Source: Enterobacteriaceae bacterium 4M9 (GTDB taxonomy: Bacteria > Pseudomonadota > Gammaproteobacteria > Enterobacterales > Enterobacteriaceae). Taken from it: a stretch of DNA of 40,000 nucleotides. Both the position numbers and the translations under genes were made by a program. Location: the NCBI GenBank assembly GCA_010092695.1, contig JAADJJ010000001.1:2074286-2114285 (forward strand), in the 5' to 3' direction. Below are positions 19,743-29,680 of this stretch, piece by piece (position 1 is the stretch's first letter; each line of letters begins with the position of its first letter). Below the pieces are notes generated by a model. The model saw only the letters and a list, made by a program, of their open reading frames with translations. It ran no database searches and was not told the DNA's origin.

Positions 19743-20897
19743 ATGGCCATATATTATTCTTTTATTTTTTTATCATTTTTAGTTGGTTGGTTTGACGTAA
19801 ATATTAAAACCACATATATAAAAAAAATATTTATGTGGACGGTTTTATTTATTTTGTCATTGTTTATGGGCTTTCGTTATAAATTAGGTCTTGATTGGCT
19901 TTTTTATTCTGATCTATACAATGGTACAGATTTTACGTTAGCAATAGAACCAGGTTATTTATTAATTTCTAGGTTATTCAGCTTATTTTTAAATTATTGG
20001 GTTTTTCAATATATTATTACATTGGTTTTGATTTTAGCATTAGCTTCATTTTTTAAAATATTCTCAAGAGGCTATACTTTTTGTATTTTAGTGTTTTTCA
20101 TTTATCAGTTTGGATTTAATGCTGAGGCGGTAAGGCAGTTAATAAGCTTATCACTGGTTTTGATTGCTTACACTAAATATTTGGATAAAAAAATATTACT
20201 TTGTTTTGTTCTTTGTACTGTGGCAGTCTTTTTTCATGCCTCGGCATTAGTCATATTCCCTTTTTTATTAATTCTCACTCAAGCCCGAATAAGAATCATC
20301 AAAATTATCTGCTATGTTGGTGTTTTTCTTTCACTCATAAATGTTTATCCTATTGATATGGTTTTAAAATTACTTGCCGGCTTGACGAGTAATGCTTTTG
20401 TAGAAAAGATATTTTGGTATGGGGATAGCGGTAATGCGAATTCCATTCTGACATTTAGCCTGTTTTTCAAATTCTTAATTATTTGGTTAATGGAATTGAG
20501 AAGTTCACAAATTACCAAAAAGCTCTCACGATCCTTAAATGAACGAGCAGTTGTGTTTATCTATGGTGCTTCATATTTTATGTTGTTAATAGATATATAC
20601 TTGGGGCGATATGGCACTATAAGTACAAGGCTTGATGTTTATATGATTCCTGTTTTTATCGTTGGAATACTTCTGGCTTTTAATGAATTTAAAAATGGGT
20701 TCAGTAAAAATATATTTTATCTTTTTGTTATTGCTTATTTTTCGATTAATTTTATTAGGTTTACAGATAACTATTATTTTCACCATATGTATGTCCCATA
20801 TCGCAACTATGTTATTGATGCCATCATCGGGAATGATGAAATATATAGAGAGCATGATGTTATATATTATTGGGATAATAAGGAGAGATTGCAATGA
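19743..20897 (+). CDS. wzy: O-antigen polymerase Wzy (EpsG-like membrane protein)
   Basis: 384 aa with about 10 or more hydrophobic segments and no soluble domain. The size and composition are typical of EpsG-family Wzy. It is adjacent to wzx. The call rests on topology and context only. Confidence 0.7.
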   Translation: MAIYYSFIFLSFLVGWFDVNIKTTYIKKIFMWTVLFILSLFMGFRYKLGLDWLFYSDLYNGTDFTLAIEPGYLLISRLFSLFLNYWVFQYIITLVLILALASFFKIFSRGYTFCILVFFIYQFGFNAEAVRQLISLSLVLIAYTKYLDKKILLCFVLCTVAVFFHASALVIFPFLLILTQARIRIIKIICYVGVFLSLINVYPIDMVLKLLAGLTSNAFVEKIFWYGDSGNANSILTFSLFFKFLIIWLMELRSSQITKKLSRSLNERAVVFIYGASYFMLLIDIYLGRYGTISTRLDVYMIPVFIVGILLAFNEFKNGFSKNIFYLFVIAYFSINFIRFTDNYYFHHMYVPYRNYVIDAIIGNDEIYREHDVIYYWDNKERLQ

Positions 20898-21997
20898 AAT
20901 TGCTGATTAATGCCTCAAATTTGTATGTTGGTGGTGGGGTACAGGTTGCGGTTTCTTATATTGAAGAAGCGGTCCGTATTAATCGGCCTTTTTGTGCAGC
21001 TGTTTCACCTGTTGTTTATTCCCAACTCTCTGACATAGCAAAATCTAGTTGTGTGCAAATAGATAAATCTCCTTCTGGCATGCTTAATTTTGGTACTCGA
21101 AGGAAATTGGATGAAATAGTTTCTACATGTGAGATTACTACTGTGTTTACTATTTTTGGTCCTAGCTATTGGAGTCCACGAAAAGTTCATCATATAGTAG
21201 GTTTTGCGTTGCCATGGCTTATTTATGATACTCAGTCTGTTTTTAAAAAACTCACATGGAAAAATAAATTAAAAACTATATTATTAAGTTTTTTACAACC
21301 ATTTTTTTATCGCAAAAATGCAAATGCAATTATTACTGAAACAGAAGATGTATCGTTACGTGTTAAAAAATTATTGAAAAAGCCTGACATTGATGTTTAT
21401 ACAGTATCCAATACACTTAATGATATCTTTAAAGACGATAAACAGTATGACTATTCTGCTATAGATAAACTGCCTGTAAAGTCTGCAGAAGATTTTTGGC
21501 TTCTTACTATTTCACATAACCATCCGCATAAAAATTTAGATACGATAAAAGAATTGGTTAAACGCTTGCCACCAAATTATAAATTTGTGACTACTCTGGA
21601 TGAAAGCTTCGCGGATGAATTATCAAGTGAGCACCGGGAGAGGATAATACGACTTGGGGCTGTAACATTATTTCAATGTCCCCCTCTTTATCAAACCTGT
21701 GATGCTCTCTTCCTACCAACTTTGCTTGAGTGTTTTAGTGCCTCATATCTTGAGGCGATGTATACAAATAAAATTATCCTGACATCTGATCTTTCATTCG
21801 CTCGCGCAGTCTGTAAGGATTCAGCTATTTATTTCGATCCGTATGATATAAACGATATAATTGATAAAATCCTTATTGTAGGTGAGGACTCAGCGTTGCG
21901 TACTGAAAAAACCTTATCTGGAAAGCAAGTCCTAAGCTCTTTTCCCGATGCAAGACAAAGAGCAATAAAATATTTCGAAATCTTATCAAAAGCATGA
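20894..21997 (+). CDS. Glycosyltransferase, GT4-like
   Basis: 367 aa. ATGA overlap with wzy. C-terminal LFLPTLLECFSASYLEAMYTNKIILTSD resembles the GT4 E-x7-E donor-binding region. Confidence 0.75.
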   Translation: MKLLINASNLYVGGGVQVAVSYIEEAVRINRPFCAAVSPVVYSQLSDIAKSSCVQIDKSPSGMLNFGTRRKLDEIVSTCEITTVFTIFGPSYWSPRKVHHIVGFALPWLIYDTQSVFKKLTWKNKLKTILLSFLQPFFYRKNANAIITETEDVSLRVKKLLKKPDIDVYTVSNTLNDIFKDDKQYDYSAIDKLPVKSAEDFWLLTISHNHPHKNLDTIKELVKRLPPNYKFVTTLDESFADELSSEHRERIIRLGAVTLFQCPPLYQTCDALFLPTLLECFSASYLEAMYTNKIILTSDLSFARAVCKDSAIYFDPYDINDIIDKILIVGEDSALRTEKTLSGKQVLSSFPDARQRAIKYFEILSKA

Positions 21998-22045
21998 AGT
22001 CATATGTAATACATTGCTTCTGTAGAAAATTAAGGCGGCTTAAAA

Positions 22046-23080
22046 ATGTTTAATAATAAAGTATTGTTAATTACTGGTGGTACTGGATCATTCGGAAATG
22101 CTGTGCTTAAACGCTTTCTTGATACTAATATTCGTGAAATTAGAATTTATAGTCGCGATGAGAAAAAACAAGATGATATGCGTAAAAAGTACAATAATCC
22201 AAAGTTGAAGTTTTATATAGGTGATGTCAGAGATTATTCAAGCATTCTTAATGCTACACGTGGTGTAGATTATATATACCATGCCGCTGCATTAAAACAG
22301 GTACCTTCATGCGAATTTCATCCTATGGAGGCTGTTAAAACGAATGTATTGGGCACTGAAAACGTTCTTGAAGCTGCTATCGCTAATCAGGTAAACAGGG
22401 TTGTGTGCTTAAGCACTGACAAGGCTGTATACCCAATAAATGCGATGGGTATATCAAAAGCCATGATGGAAAAAGTTATGGTTGCCAAATCACGCAATGT
22501 GGATAGCTCTAAAACTGTTATTTGTGGTACACGTTATGGCAATGTAATGGCGTCACGTGGTTCAGTTATCCCGCTATTTGTTGATCTCATAAAACAAGGT
22601 AAGCCCCTGACTATTACAGATCCTAATATGACGCGTTTCATGATGACCCTTGAGGATGCTGTTGATTTGGTTATTTACGCGTTTACTCATGGTAACAATG
22701 GGGATATTTTTGTTCAAAAAGCACCTGCAGCTACTATTGAGACTTTAGCTATTGCGTTGAAGGAACACTTAAATGCGACTGAGCATCCAATTAACATTAT
22801 AGGTACACGCCACGGCGAGAAGCTTTATGAAGCACTTCTCAGTCGTGAGGAAATGATTGCTGCTATCGATATGGGGGATTATTATCGTGTTCCGCCTGAT
22901 TTGCGCGATCTTAACTACGGGAAATATGTTGAGCAAGGAGATAAGCGTATTTCCGAGATTCAAGACTATAACTCTCACAACACTCAGCGTTTGGATGTTG
23001 AAGGGATGAAAAAATTACTACTAAAATTGCCATTTATTAATGCGCTGCGTGAAGGTAGAAAATTCGAATTGGACGCGTAA
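22046..23080 (+). CDS. fnlA: UDP-N-acetylglucosamine 4,6-dehydratase/5-epimerase (UDP-L-FucNAc pathway step 1)
   Basis: 344 aa. MFNNKVLLITGGTGSFGNAVLKRFL...YHAAALKQVPSCEFHPMEAVKTNVLGTENV... is the FnlA/CapE/WbjB signature. Followed by fnlB and fnlC. Confidence 0.92.
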   Translation: MFNNKVLLITGGTGSFGNAVLKRFLDTNIREIRIYSRDEKKQDDMRKKYNNPKLKFYIGDVRDYSSILNATRGVDYIYHAAALKQVPSCEFHPMEAVKTNVLGTENVLEAAIANQVNRVVCLSTDKAVYPINAMGISKAMMEKVMVAKSRNVDSSKTVICGTRYGNVMASRGSVIPLFVDLIKQGKPLTITDPNMTRFMMTLEDAVDLVIYAFTHGNNGDIFVQKAPAATIETLAIALKEHLNATEHPINIIGTRHGEKLYEALLSREEMIAAIDMGDYYRVPPDLRDLNYGKYVEQGDKRISEIQDYNSHNTQRLDVEGMKKLLLKLPFINALREGRKFELDA

Positions 23081-23084
23081 CTCT

Positions 23085-24191
23085 ATGAAAATACTTGTGA
23101 CTGGTTCTGAAGGATTTATAGGGAAAAATCTTTGTTTACGACTTAATGAAGCTGGCTATAACGATATTTTGCGAATAGATCGTTCATCTTCAGAAGCAGA
23201 GTTATTTGAGTCTTTAAAGGTTGCTGATTTTATTTTCCATCTGGCGGGCGTTAATCGTCCGAAAGCTGATAGTGAATTTTCTGAGGGTAATGTTGATTTC
23301 ACTCAAAAAATTGTTAATAAATTGGTTGAGTTTGGGCTTGATACCCCTGTAATGATAAGTTCATCTACGCAAGCTGAGCGAGATAACCCATACGGTATTA
23401 GTAAGGCTGCTGCTGAACAAGCAGTTGTTATTTATGGAAGTGAAAACAACGCTCGTTATTTTATTTATCGCCTACCTAATGTTTTTGGTAAATGGTGTAA
23501 GCCAAACTATAATTCATTTGTTGCTACCTTCTGTCATAACATTGCACAGGGTAAAGAAATAATCATAAATGAGCCTAATGCAGTCGTAAATTTGGTTTAT
23601 ATTGATGATGTCTGCTCTGAATTAATTTCGCTTATTAATAATGATGTGCCAAGTGGTTTCCGTTGTATAACACCTGTTTACAATGCAACGGTTGGTCAAG
23701 TGGCTGACCTTATTCGGACATTCAAACAAAGCCGCGAAAATCTGACGATTGAGGCAGTAGGGAATGGATTCGTTAGAGCCTTATACTCAACCTGGTTAAG
23801 TTATCTTCCTCCTACAGAGTTCGGATATAAAATTCCATCTTATGCAGACCAGCGAGGTGTTTTCTGTGAAATGCTGAAAACGAAGGACGCTGGGCAATTT
23901 TCATTTTTTACTGCTCATCCTGGCATTACTCGCGGTGGGCATTATCATCATTCTAAAAATGAAAAATTTCTCGTCATTCAAGGTACGGCTCGATTTAAGT
24001 TTGAGCATGTCATTACTGGCGAAAAATATGAGATAAATGTCTCGCCCGAAGATAATACTGTGATTGAGACCGTACCTGGTTGGTCTCATGATGTAACAAA
24101 TACAGGTGAAAATGAACTAATTGTGATGCTTTGGGCCAATGAAATTTTTGACAAAAATGCACCAGATACAATAGCGAGAGCATTAAAGTGA
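23085..24191 (+). CDS. fnlB: UDP-2-acetamido-2,6-dideoxy-hexose reductase, FnlB/CapF type (SDR + C-terminal cupin)
   Basis: The track ORF is 23040-24191. ATG 23085 (MKILVTGSEGFIGKNL...) gives 368 aa with an N-terminal Rossmann domain and a C-terminal cupin (GITRGGHYHHSKNEKFLVIQG). Confidence 0.9.
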   Translation: MKILVTGSEGFIGKNLCLRLNEAGYNDILRIDRSSSEAELFESLKVADFIFHLAGVNRPKADSEFSEGNVDFTQKIVNKLVEFGLDTPVMISSSTQAERDNPYGISKAAAEQAVVIYGSENNARYFIYRLPNVFGKWCKPNYNSFVATFCHNIAQGKEIIINEPNAVVNLVYIDDVCSELISLINNDVPSGFRCITPVYNATVGQVADLIRTFKQSRENLTIEAVGNGFVRALYSTWLSYLPPTEFGYKIPSYADQRGVFCEMLKTKDAGQFSFFTAHPGITRGGHYHHSKNEKFLVIQGTARFKFEHVITGEKYEINVSPEDNTVIETVPGWSHDVTNTGENELIVMLWANEIFDKNAPDTIARALK

Positions 24192-25318
24192 AAAAACTGA
24201 AAGTTATGTCTGTTGTCGGCACTCGCCCTGAAATAATTCGTCTTTCACGTGTGCTGGCAAAACTAGATCAATATTGTGACCATATTCTGGTTCATACGGG
24301 ACAAAACTACGACTTTGAGCTTAACGAAGTTTTTTTTAATGATTTAGGGGTAAGAAAACCTGATTTTTTTCTGAATGCAGCGGGTAAAAACGCTGCTGCA
24401 ACAATCGGTCAAATTATTATTAAAGTTGATGAAGTACTTGAAGAAGTTCAGCCTGAGGCAATGTTAGTATTAGGCGATACAAACTCTTGTATATCAGCAC
24501 TTCCGGCTAAGCGTCGTCGCATCCCTATTTTTCATATGGAGGCGGGCAATCGCTGTTTCGATCAACGCGTTCCTGAAGAAACGAACCGGCGCATTGTTGA
24601 CCATACCGCTGATATCAATATGACATACAGTACGATTGCACGCGATTATCTGCTCAGTGAAGGAGTCCCTCCTGACCGAGTAATTAAAACCGGAAGTCCG
24701 ATGTTTGAAGTATTGAGTTATTATATGAATCAGATTGATAGCTCAGATGTGTTATCTCGTTTGAATATTAAAAGCAATGAGTTTTTTGTTGTTAGCGCAC
24801 ATCGTGAAGAAAATGTCGACTCTCCTAAACAGCTTGCGAAGTTGGCAAATATTCTTAATACAATTGCAGAAAAATATGATTTGCCGGTGATTATCTCTGC
24901 ACATCCGCGTACGCGTAATCGTGTTGAAGAGGCTGGTATTCAATTCCATCCTAACATTCAGATGCTTAAACCAATGGGTTTTCATGATTACAATCATCTT
25001 CAAAAGCATGCCCGCGCTGTGCTTTCTGATAGCGGTACTATCACTGAAGAATCTTCAATCATGAACTTTCCAGCATTGAATATTCGTGAAGCACACGAGC
25101 GTCCCGAAGGCTTTGAAGAGGCATCAGTTATGATGGTTGGTCTGGAAATCACCAGGGTTATGCAAGCACTGGACATTCTTGAGACACAGCCACGCGGTGC
25201 AGAACGTCTTCTCCGTCAGGTTTATGATTACAGTATGCCTAATGTCTCCGACAAGGTTGTTAGGATTATTCACTCCTATACTGACTATGTTAAACGAGTG
25301 GTCTGGAAAGAGTACTAA
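24188..25318 (+). CDS. fnlC: UDP-N-acetylglucosamine 2-epimerase, non-hydrolysing (FnlC/CapG type)
   Basis: 376 aa. A GTG start overlaps the fnlB stop (GTGA). MKKLKVMSVVGTRPEIIRLSRV... and ...VLSDSGTITEESS... are the 2-epimerase family. Confidence 0.9.
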   Translation: MKKLKVMSVVGTRPEIIRLSRVLAKLDQYCDHILVHTGQNYDFELNEVFFNDLGVRKPDFFLNAAGKNAAATIGQIIIKVDEVLEEVQPEAMLVLGDTNSCISALPAKRRRIPIFHMEAGNRCFDQRVPEETNRRIVDHTADINMTYSTIARDYLLSEGVPPDRVIKTGSPMFEVLSYYMNQIDSSDVLSRLNIKSNEFFVVSAHREENVDSPKQLAKLANILNTIAEKYDLPVIISAHPRTRNRVEEAGIQFHPNIQMLKPMGFHDYNHLQKHARAVLSDSGTITEESSIMNFPALNIREAHERPEGFEEASVMMVGLEITRVMQALDILETQPRGAERLLRQVYDYSMPNVSDKVVRIIHSYTDYVKRVVWKEY

Positions 25319-26559
25319 TGAAACTTGCATTAATCATTGATGATTATTTACCCTACAGTACACGTGTAGGGGCAAAAATGTTTCATGAATTGGCGCTAGA
25401 GCTCGTGAGTCGAGGGCACTCTATTACAGTGATTACCCCAGATTTTGGGCTTAATAAGAGCTTTGAACGTAGTTTTCTGGAGGGCGTCGAGGTTTGGCGC
25501 TTCAAAAGCGGCCCAATTAAAGATGTGGGTAAGATTGTTAGAGCAATTAATGAATCATTATTATCCCTAAGAGGATGGCACGCAATAAAAAAACATGTCA
25601 ATGACAACACTTTTGATGGTATTGCTTACTATTCGCCATCAATTTTTTGGGGGGGGCTCGTTAGGCGTATTAAAAAAAGATGTCAGTGTCCTTCTTATCT
25701 TGTACTCAGAGACATGTTCCCGCAATGGGTCATTGACGCTGGTATGTTGCATGCCGATTCTTTTTTTGCAAAGTATTTCAGGTTTTTTGAAAATTACTCC
25801 TATAATCAGGCTGATCGTATTGGCGTTATGTCAGAGCGAAACCTTGAAATATTTCAGCGTGACAGATCAAATATGCCAGGGGAAGTGCTCAGGAATTGGG
25901 CTAGTCTAAAACCTGTCGCCCAAGATGAAAAATTTTCTTCTATAAGAGTTAAGTTAGGGCTACAGGGTAAGATTGTTTATTTCTATGGAGGAAATATTGG
26001 GCATGCCCAGGATATGACGAATTTGATGAGACTGGTCAGAGGGATGCAATCTTGTTCAAATGCACATTTCCTTTTCGTGGGCCAGGGGGATGAGGTAACG
26101 CTTATCAATAAGCTGGCACAAGAATGGTCATTAACTAATTTTAGCTATATCCCTTCTGTTGACCAACAGGAATTTAAAAAAATCCTGGCTGAAGTCGATA
26201 TTGGGTTATTTTCACTTTCAGCTAATCATACAGCGCACAACTTTCCGGGTAAATTACTAGGGTATATGGTTCAGTCTTTGCCAATACTCGGAAGTGTTAA
26301 TTATGGTAACGATTTGCTGGATATAGTAAATGGTAATAATGCCGGATTTATACATGTCAACGGTGATGACAGTGGATTGTTGCAATCGGCACAGCGGCTT
26401 TATGAAAATAATGCATTACGAATTAAGGTAGGGCAGTGTTCGTATCGCCTTCTCGAAGAACAATTCTCTGTCCAGTCTGCTGCGGACATAATCGAATCTG
26501 CGCTGGAGAAAAAAAATGCGCCTGATAAAACAGCAGAAAATGCAGCAGCTATTGGCTGA
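25318..26559 (+). CDS. wbuB: L-FucNAc transferase, WbuB-like GT4
   Basis: 413 aa. Sits directly after fnlABC, as in the E. coli fnl-wbuB-wbuC modules. N-terminus MKLALIIDDYLPYSTRVGAKMFHELALEL. TAATG overlap with fnlC. Confidence 0.85.
   Translation: MKLALIIDDYLPYSTRVGAKMFHELALELVSRGHSITVITPDFGLNKSFERSFLEGVEVWRFKSGPIKDVGKIVRAINESLLSLRGWHAIKKHVNDNTFDGIAYYSPSIFWGGLVRRIKKRCQCPSYLVLRDMFPQWVIDAGMLHADSFFAKYFRFFENYSYNQADRIGVMSERNLEIFQRDRSNMPGEVLRNWASLKPVAQDEKFSSIRVKLGLQGKIVYFYGGNIGHAQDMTNLMRLVRGMQSCSNAHFLFVGQGDEVTLINKLAQEWSLTNFSYIPSVDQQEFKKILAEVDIGLFSLSANHTAHNFPGKLLGYMVQSLPILGSVNYGNDLLDIVNGNNAGFIHVNGDDSGLLQSAQRLYENNALRIKVGQCSYRLLEEQFSVQSAADIIESALEKKNAPDKTAENAAAIG
25643..25656 (+). repeat. T6G8 compound homopolymer inside wbuB
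   Basis: ttttttgggggggg, coding IFWGG. Currently in frame. Confidence 0.99.
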
Positions 26560-26926
26560 GGCTGCTCACTCAGAGCGTAAACGCGCTCATTTTCTACTTC
26601 ACGATAGCCATCAGGATAAAGTGCAGCGCCTGTTAATTGTTCTGATTCAAGGTAGTTATGTAGAACCACATTATCATGAACTTTCACATCAATGGGAAAT
26701 GTTTGTAGTGATGGAGGGGAGTATACGCATCACTACCTTTGAAGCGACTGGAAAGGTGAAGAATTCGTTCCTGGCTGGTCCTGAGCATGAGGTTTCTCTT
26801 GTCGAATTTCTCCCGGGAGAAATTCACAGTGTCGAGTGTTTATCAGAACATGCTGTGATGCTTGAGATCAAAGAAGGGCCTTTTAATATAGCTTATGCAA
26901 AGACGTTTCCTGACTGGAAATCGTAA
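26516..26926 (+). CDS. wbuC: WbuC-family cupin-fold protein (function unknown)
   Basis: 136 aa. ...RAHFLLHDSHQDKVQRLLIVLIQGSYVEPHYHELSHQWEMFVVMEG... resembles the WbuC cupin family. It overlaps the wbuB 3' end by 44 nt; the alternative ATG 26540 still overlaps. Confidence 0.8.
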   Translation: MRLIKQQKMQQLLAEAAHSERKRAHFLLHDSHQDKVQRLLIVLIQGSYVEPHYHELSHQWEMFVVMEGSIRITTFEATGKVKNSFLAGPEHEVSLVEFLPGEIHSVECLSEHAVMLEIKEGPFNIAYAKTFPDWKS

Positions 26927-27053
26927 TACTGATTATTGTAACGCTATGTTGTGGCACCAAAGGCTATCCACATACCTTGAAGCTGAGTTAACATAAAAGC
27001 TACAACCACGTTGTGCGTACTGGCACAACGAGTACACCTGACAGGAGTATGTA

Positions 27054-28463
27054 ATGTCCAAACAGCAAATCGGCGTTGTTGGTATGGCCGTGATGGGGCG
27101 CAACCTGGCGCTTAACATCGAAAGTCGTGGCTATACCGTTTCCGTTTTCAACCGCTCCCGTGAAAAAACCGACGAAGTGATTGCCGAGAACCCGGGTAAA
27201 AAGCTGGTTCCTCATTACTCGGTGCAGGAGTTTGTTGAATCGCTTGAGAAACCGCGTCGCATCCTGTTAATGGTGAAAGCCGGTGAGGGGACAGACAAGA
27301 CTATCGACTCCCTGAAGCCCTATCTGGAAAAAGGCGATATTCTGATTGATGGTGGTAATACCTTCTTTCAGGACACCATCCGCCGTAACCGTGAACTGTC
27401 AGCCGAAGGTTTCAACTTTATCGGTACTGGTGTCTCCGGTGGGGAGGAAGGGGCGCTGAAAGGGCCTTCCATCATGCCTGGCGGCCAGAAAGAAGCCTAC
27501 GAGTTGGTTGCACCTATTCTTAAGCAGATTGCTGCAGTGGCAGAAGGTGAGCCATGCGTAACGTATATCGGTTCAGACGGCGCTGGCCACTATGTGAAAA
27601 TGGTGCATAACGGTATTGAATACGGTGATATGCAACTTATCGCGGAAGCCTATTCATTACTCAGGCATGGGTTGAATCTATCCAACAATGAACTGGCAAC
27701 GACGTTCACTGAGTGGAACAAAGGAGAACTCAGTAGCTACCTGATTGATATCACTAAAGACATTTTCACCAGGAAAGATGAGGCAGGCAATTATCTTGTT
27801 GATGTTATCCTGGATGAAGCGGCAAACAAAGGTACCGGTAAATGGACCAGCCAGAGTTCACTTGACCTGGGTGAACCACTGTCACTTATTACCGAGTCAG
27901 TTTTTGCTCGTTATATCTCCTCGTTGAAAGAACAGCGTGTTGCGGCCTCTAAAGTCCTTTCTGGTCCGCAGGTGAAAGCTTTCTCTGGCGATAAGGCTGA
28001 ATTCGTCGAGAAAGTACGTCGTGCATTATATCTCGGTAAAATTGTTTCGTATGCTCAGGGTTTCTCCCAGCTGCGCGCGGCTTCTCAGGAATACAACTGG
28101 GATTTGAACTACGGTGAAATCGCGAGAATCTTCCGTGCAGGTTGTATCATTCGCGCTCAATTCCTGCAGAAGATTACCGATGCTTATGCTGAAAATCCGG
28201 CTATCGCTAATCTGCTGCTGGCGCCGTATTTCAAGAAAATCGCTGATGAGTACCAGCAGGCGCTGCGTGATGTGGTTTCATATGCTGTGCAAAATGGTAT
28301 ACCAACACCAACCTTCTCTGCTGCTATTTCATACTACGACAGTTACCGTTCAGCGGTATTGCCGGCGAACCTGATTCAGGCACAGCGTGATTATTTCGGT
28401 GCGCATACCTATAAGCGTATTGATAAGGAAGGCGTGTTCCACACCGAGTGGTTGGAAGACTAA
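27054..28463 (+). CDS. gnd: 6-phosphogluconate dehydrogenase, decarboxylating
   Basis: 469 aa. [30 protein letters not shown]... is near-identical to E. coli Gnd throughout. AGGAG Shine-Dalgarno lies upstream. Confidence 0.98.
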   Translation: MSKQQIGVVGMAVMGRNLALNIESRGYTVSVFNRSREKTDEVIAENPGKKLVPHYSVQEFVESLEKPRRILLMVKAGEGTDKTIDSLKPYLEKGDILIDGGNTFFQDTIRRNRELSAEGFNFIGTGVSGGEEGALKGPSIMPGGQKEAYELVAPILKQIAAVAEGEPCVTYIGSDGAGHYVKMVHNGIEYGDMQLIAEAYSLLRHGLNLSNNELATTFTEWNKGELSSYLIDITKDIFTRKDEAGNYLVDVILDEAANKGTGKWTSQSSLDLGEPLSLITESVFARYISSLKEQRVAASKVLSGPQVKAFSGDKAEFVEKVRRALYLGKIVSYAQGFSQLRAASQEYNWDLNYGEIARIFRAGCIIRAQFLQKITDAYAENPAIANLLLAPYFKKIADEYQQALRDVVSYAVQNGIPTPTFSAAISYYDSYRSAVLPANLIQAQRDYFGAHTYKRIDKEGVFHTEWLED

Positions 28464-28488
28464 GTTTTTCACTACATCGCATTCTCAG

Positions 28489-28520
28489 AAAAACCAGCTG
28501 ATTTTTAGCTGGTTTTTTTT
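28489..28520 (+). terminator. Rho-independent terminator after gnd
   Basis: AAAAACCAGCT-gattttt-AGCTGG followed by T8 (28513-28520). Confidence 0.85.
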
Positions 28521-28609
28521 ATTGTTAGCTGTACCCGCTGTCTCATTTTGCTACCATTGCGCGCTATGCTTATCCAGGGTAAAGCCATAGATTATGGGGC
28601 TGAGAGTTT

Positions 28610-29680
28610 ATGAATTTTCTTGTGACTGGCGGTGCGGGTTTCATTGGTTCTGCCGTCGTTCGATATCTGATTAACCATACAGATTCTCGGGTTGCCGTCG
28701 TTGATAAACTGACCTATGCCGGTAATCTTAATTCACTGCAATCGGTCTGTGGCGATCCGCGTTATGCGTTCCACTGTATTGATATTTGTGACAAAGCGTC
28801 ACTGACGGAAGTGTTTGAAACGTTTGAACCGGATGTAGTGATGCATCTTGCGGCAGAAAGTCATGTTGACCGATCTATCGATGGTCCGGCTGAATTTATA
28901 GAAACCAATATTGTTGGGACTTATACGTTGCTGGAAGTGTCGCGCCACTGGTGGAGCAGGCTCTCACCAGAGCGTAAGGCAACGTTCCGCTTTCATCATA
29001 TTTCCACTGATGAAGTGTATGGCGATCTTGATAATCCGAATGATTTCTTTCGTGAAGATACGCCCTACGCGCCCAGCAGTCCGTACTCAGCGTCAAAAGC
29101 GTCCAGCGATCACCTGGTACGCGCCTGGATGCGTACATATGGTCTGCCTGCTATTGTGACCAATTGCTCAAATAATTATGGTCCCTATCATTTCCCGGAA
29201 AAACTCATTCCGCTGACTATCATTAATGCGCTTGCAGGTAAACCGCTACTCGTTTATGGCTCGGGTAACCAGGTTCGTGACTGGCTTTTTGTGGAAGACC
29301 ATGCAAAGGCGTTATACCTGGCTGCAACGAAAGGGGCGCCGGGGGAAACCTGGAATATTGGCGGGCACAACGAGCGTCGCAATATTGATGTCGTCAGGAC
29401 GCTCTGTGCGTTGCTTGATGAACTGGTCCCGGTTAAACCAGCAGGCATTGAACATTATGCGGACTTGATTACCTTTGTTGCCGATCGTCCCGGGCACGAT
29501 TTACGCTATGCCATTGATGCATCGAAGATCGAGCGTGAGCTTGGCTGGAAGCCACAAGAAACATTTGAAAGCGGGATTCGCCGTACGGTGGAATGGTATC
29601 TGGCGAATCGTGAATGGTGGGAGAGCATTCTTGACGGGAGCTACTCTGGCGAACGGCTGGGATTGGGGAACGGGGTATGA
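28610..29680 (+). CDS. rffG: dTDP-glucose 4,6-dehydratase (RffG-like)
   Basis: 356 aa. [18 protein letters not shown]..., catalytic region [15 protein letters not shown], and C-terminus ...[15 protein letters not shown]. That C-terminus resembles E. coli RffG (..DGSYQGERLGL..) more than RfbB. The symbol indicates closest resemblance, not proven orthology. Confidence 0.88.
   Translation: MNFLVTGGAGFIGSAVVRYLINHTDSRVAVVDKLTYAGNLNSLQSVCGDPRYAFHCIDICDKASLTEVFETFEPDVVMHLAAESHVDRSIDGPAEFIETNIVGTYTLLEVSRHWWSRLSPERKATFRFHHISTDEVYGDLDNPNDFFREDTPYAPSSPYSASKASSDHLVRAWMRTYGLPAIVTNCSNNYGPYHFPEKLIPLTIINALAGKPLLVYGSGNQVRDWLFVEDHAKALYLAATKGAPGETWNIGGHNERRNIDVVRTLCALLDELVPVKPAGIEHYADLITFVADRPGHDLRYAIDASKIERELGWKPQETFESGIRRTVEWYLANREWWESILDGSYSGERLGLGNGV

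Noticed and set aside
20586-20910. 102-aa - strand and 82-aa + strand ORFs overlapping the wzy 3' end
   Set aside because: These are chance ORFs in about 27-30% GC DNA with Ile/Asn/Lys/Tyr-rich translations. The wzy frame and the ATGA-coupled downstream glycosyltransferase account for the region.
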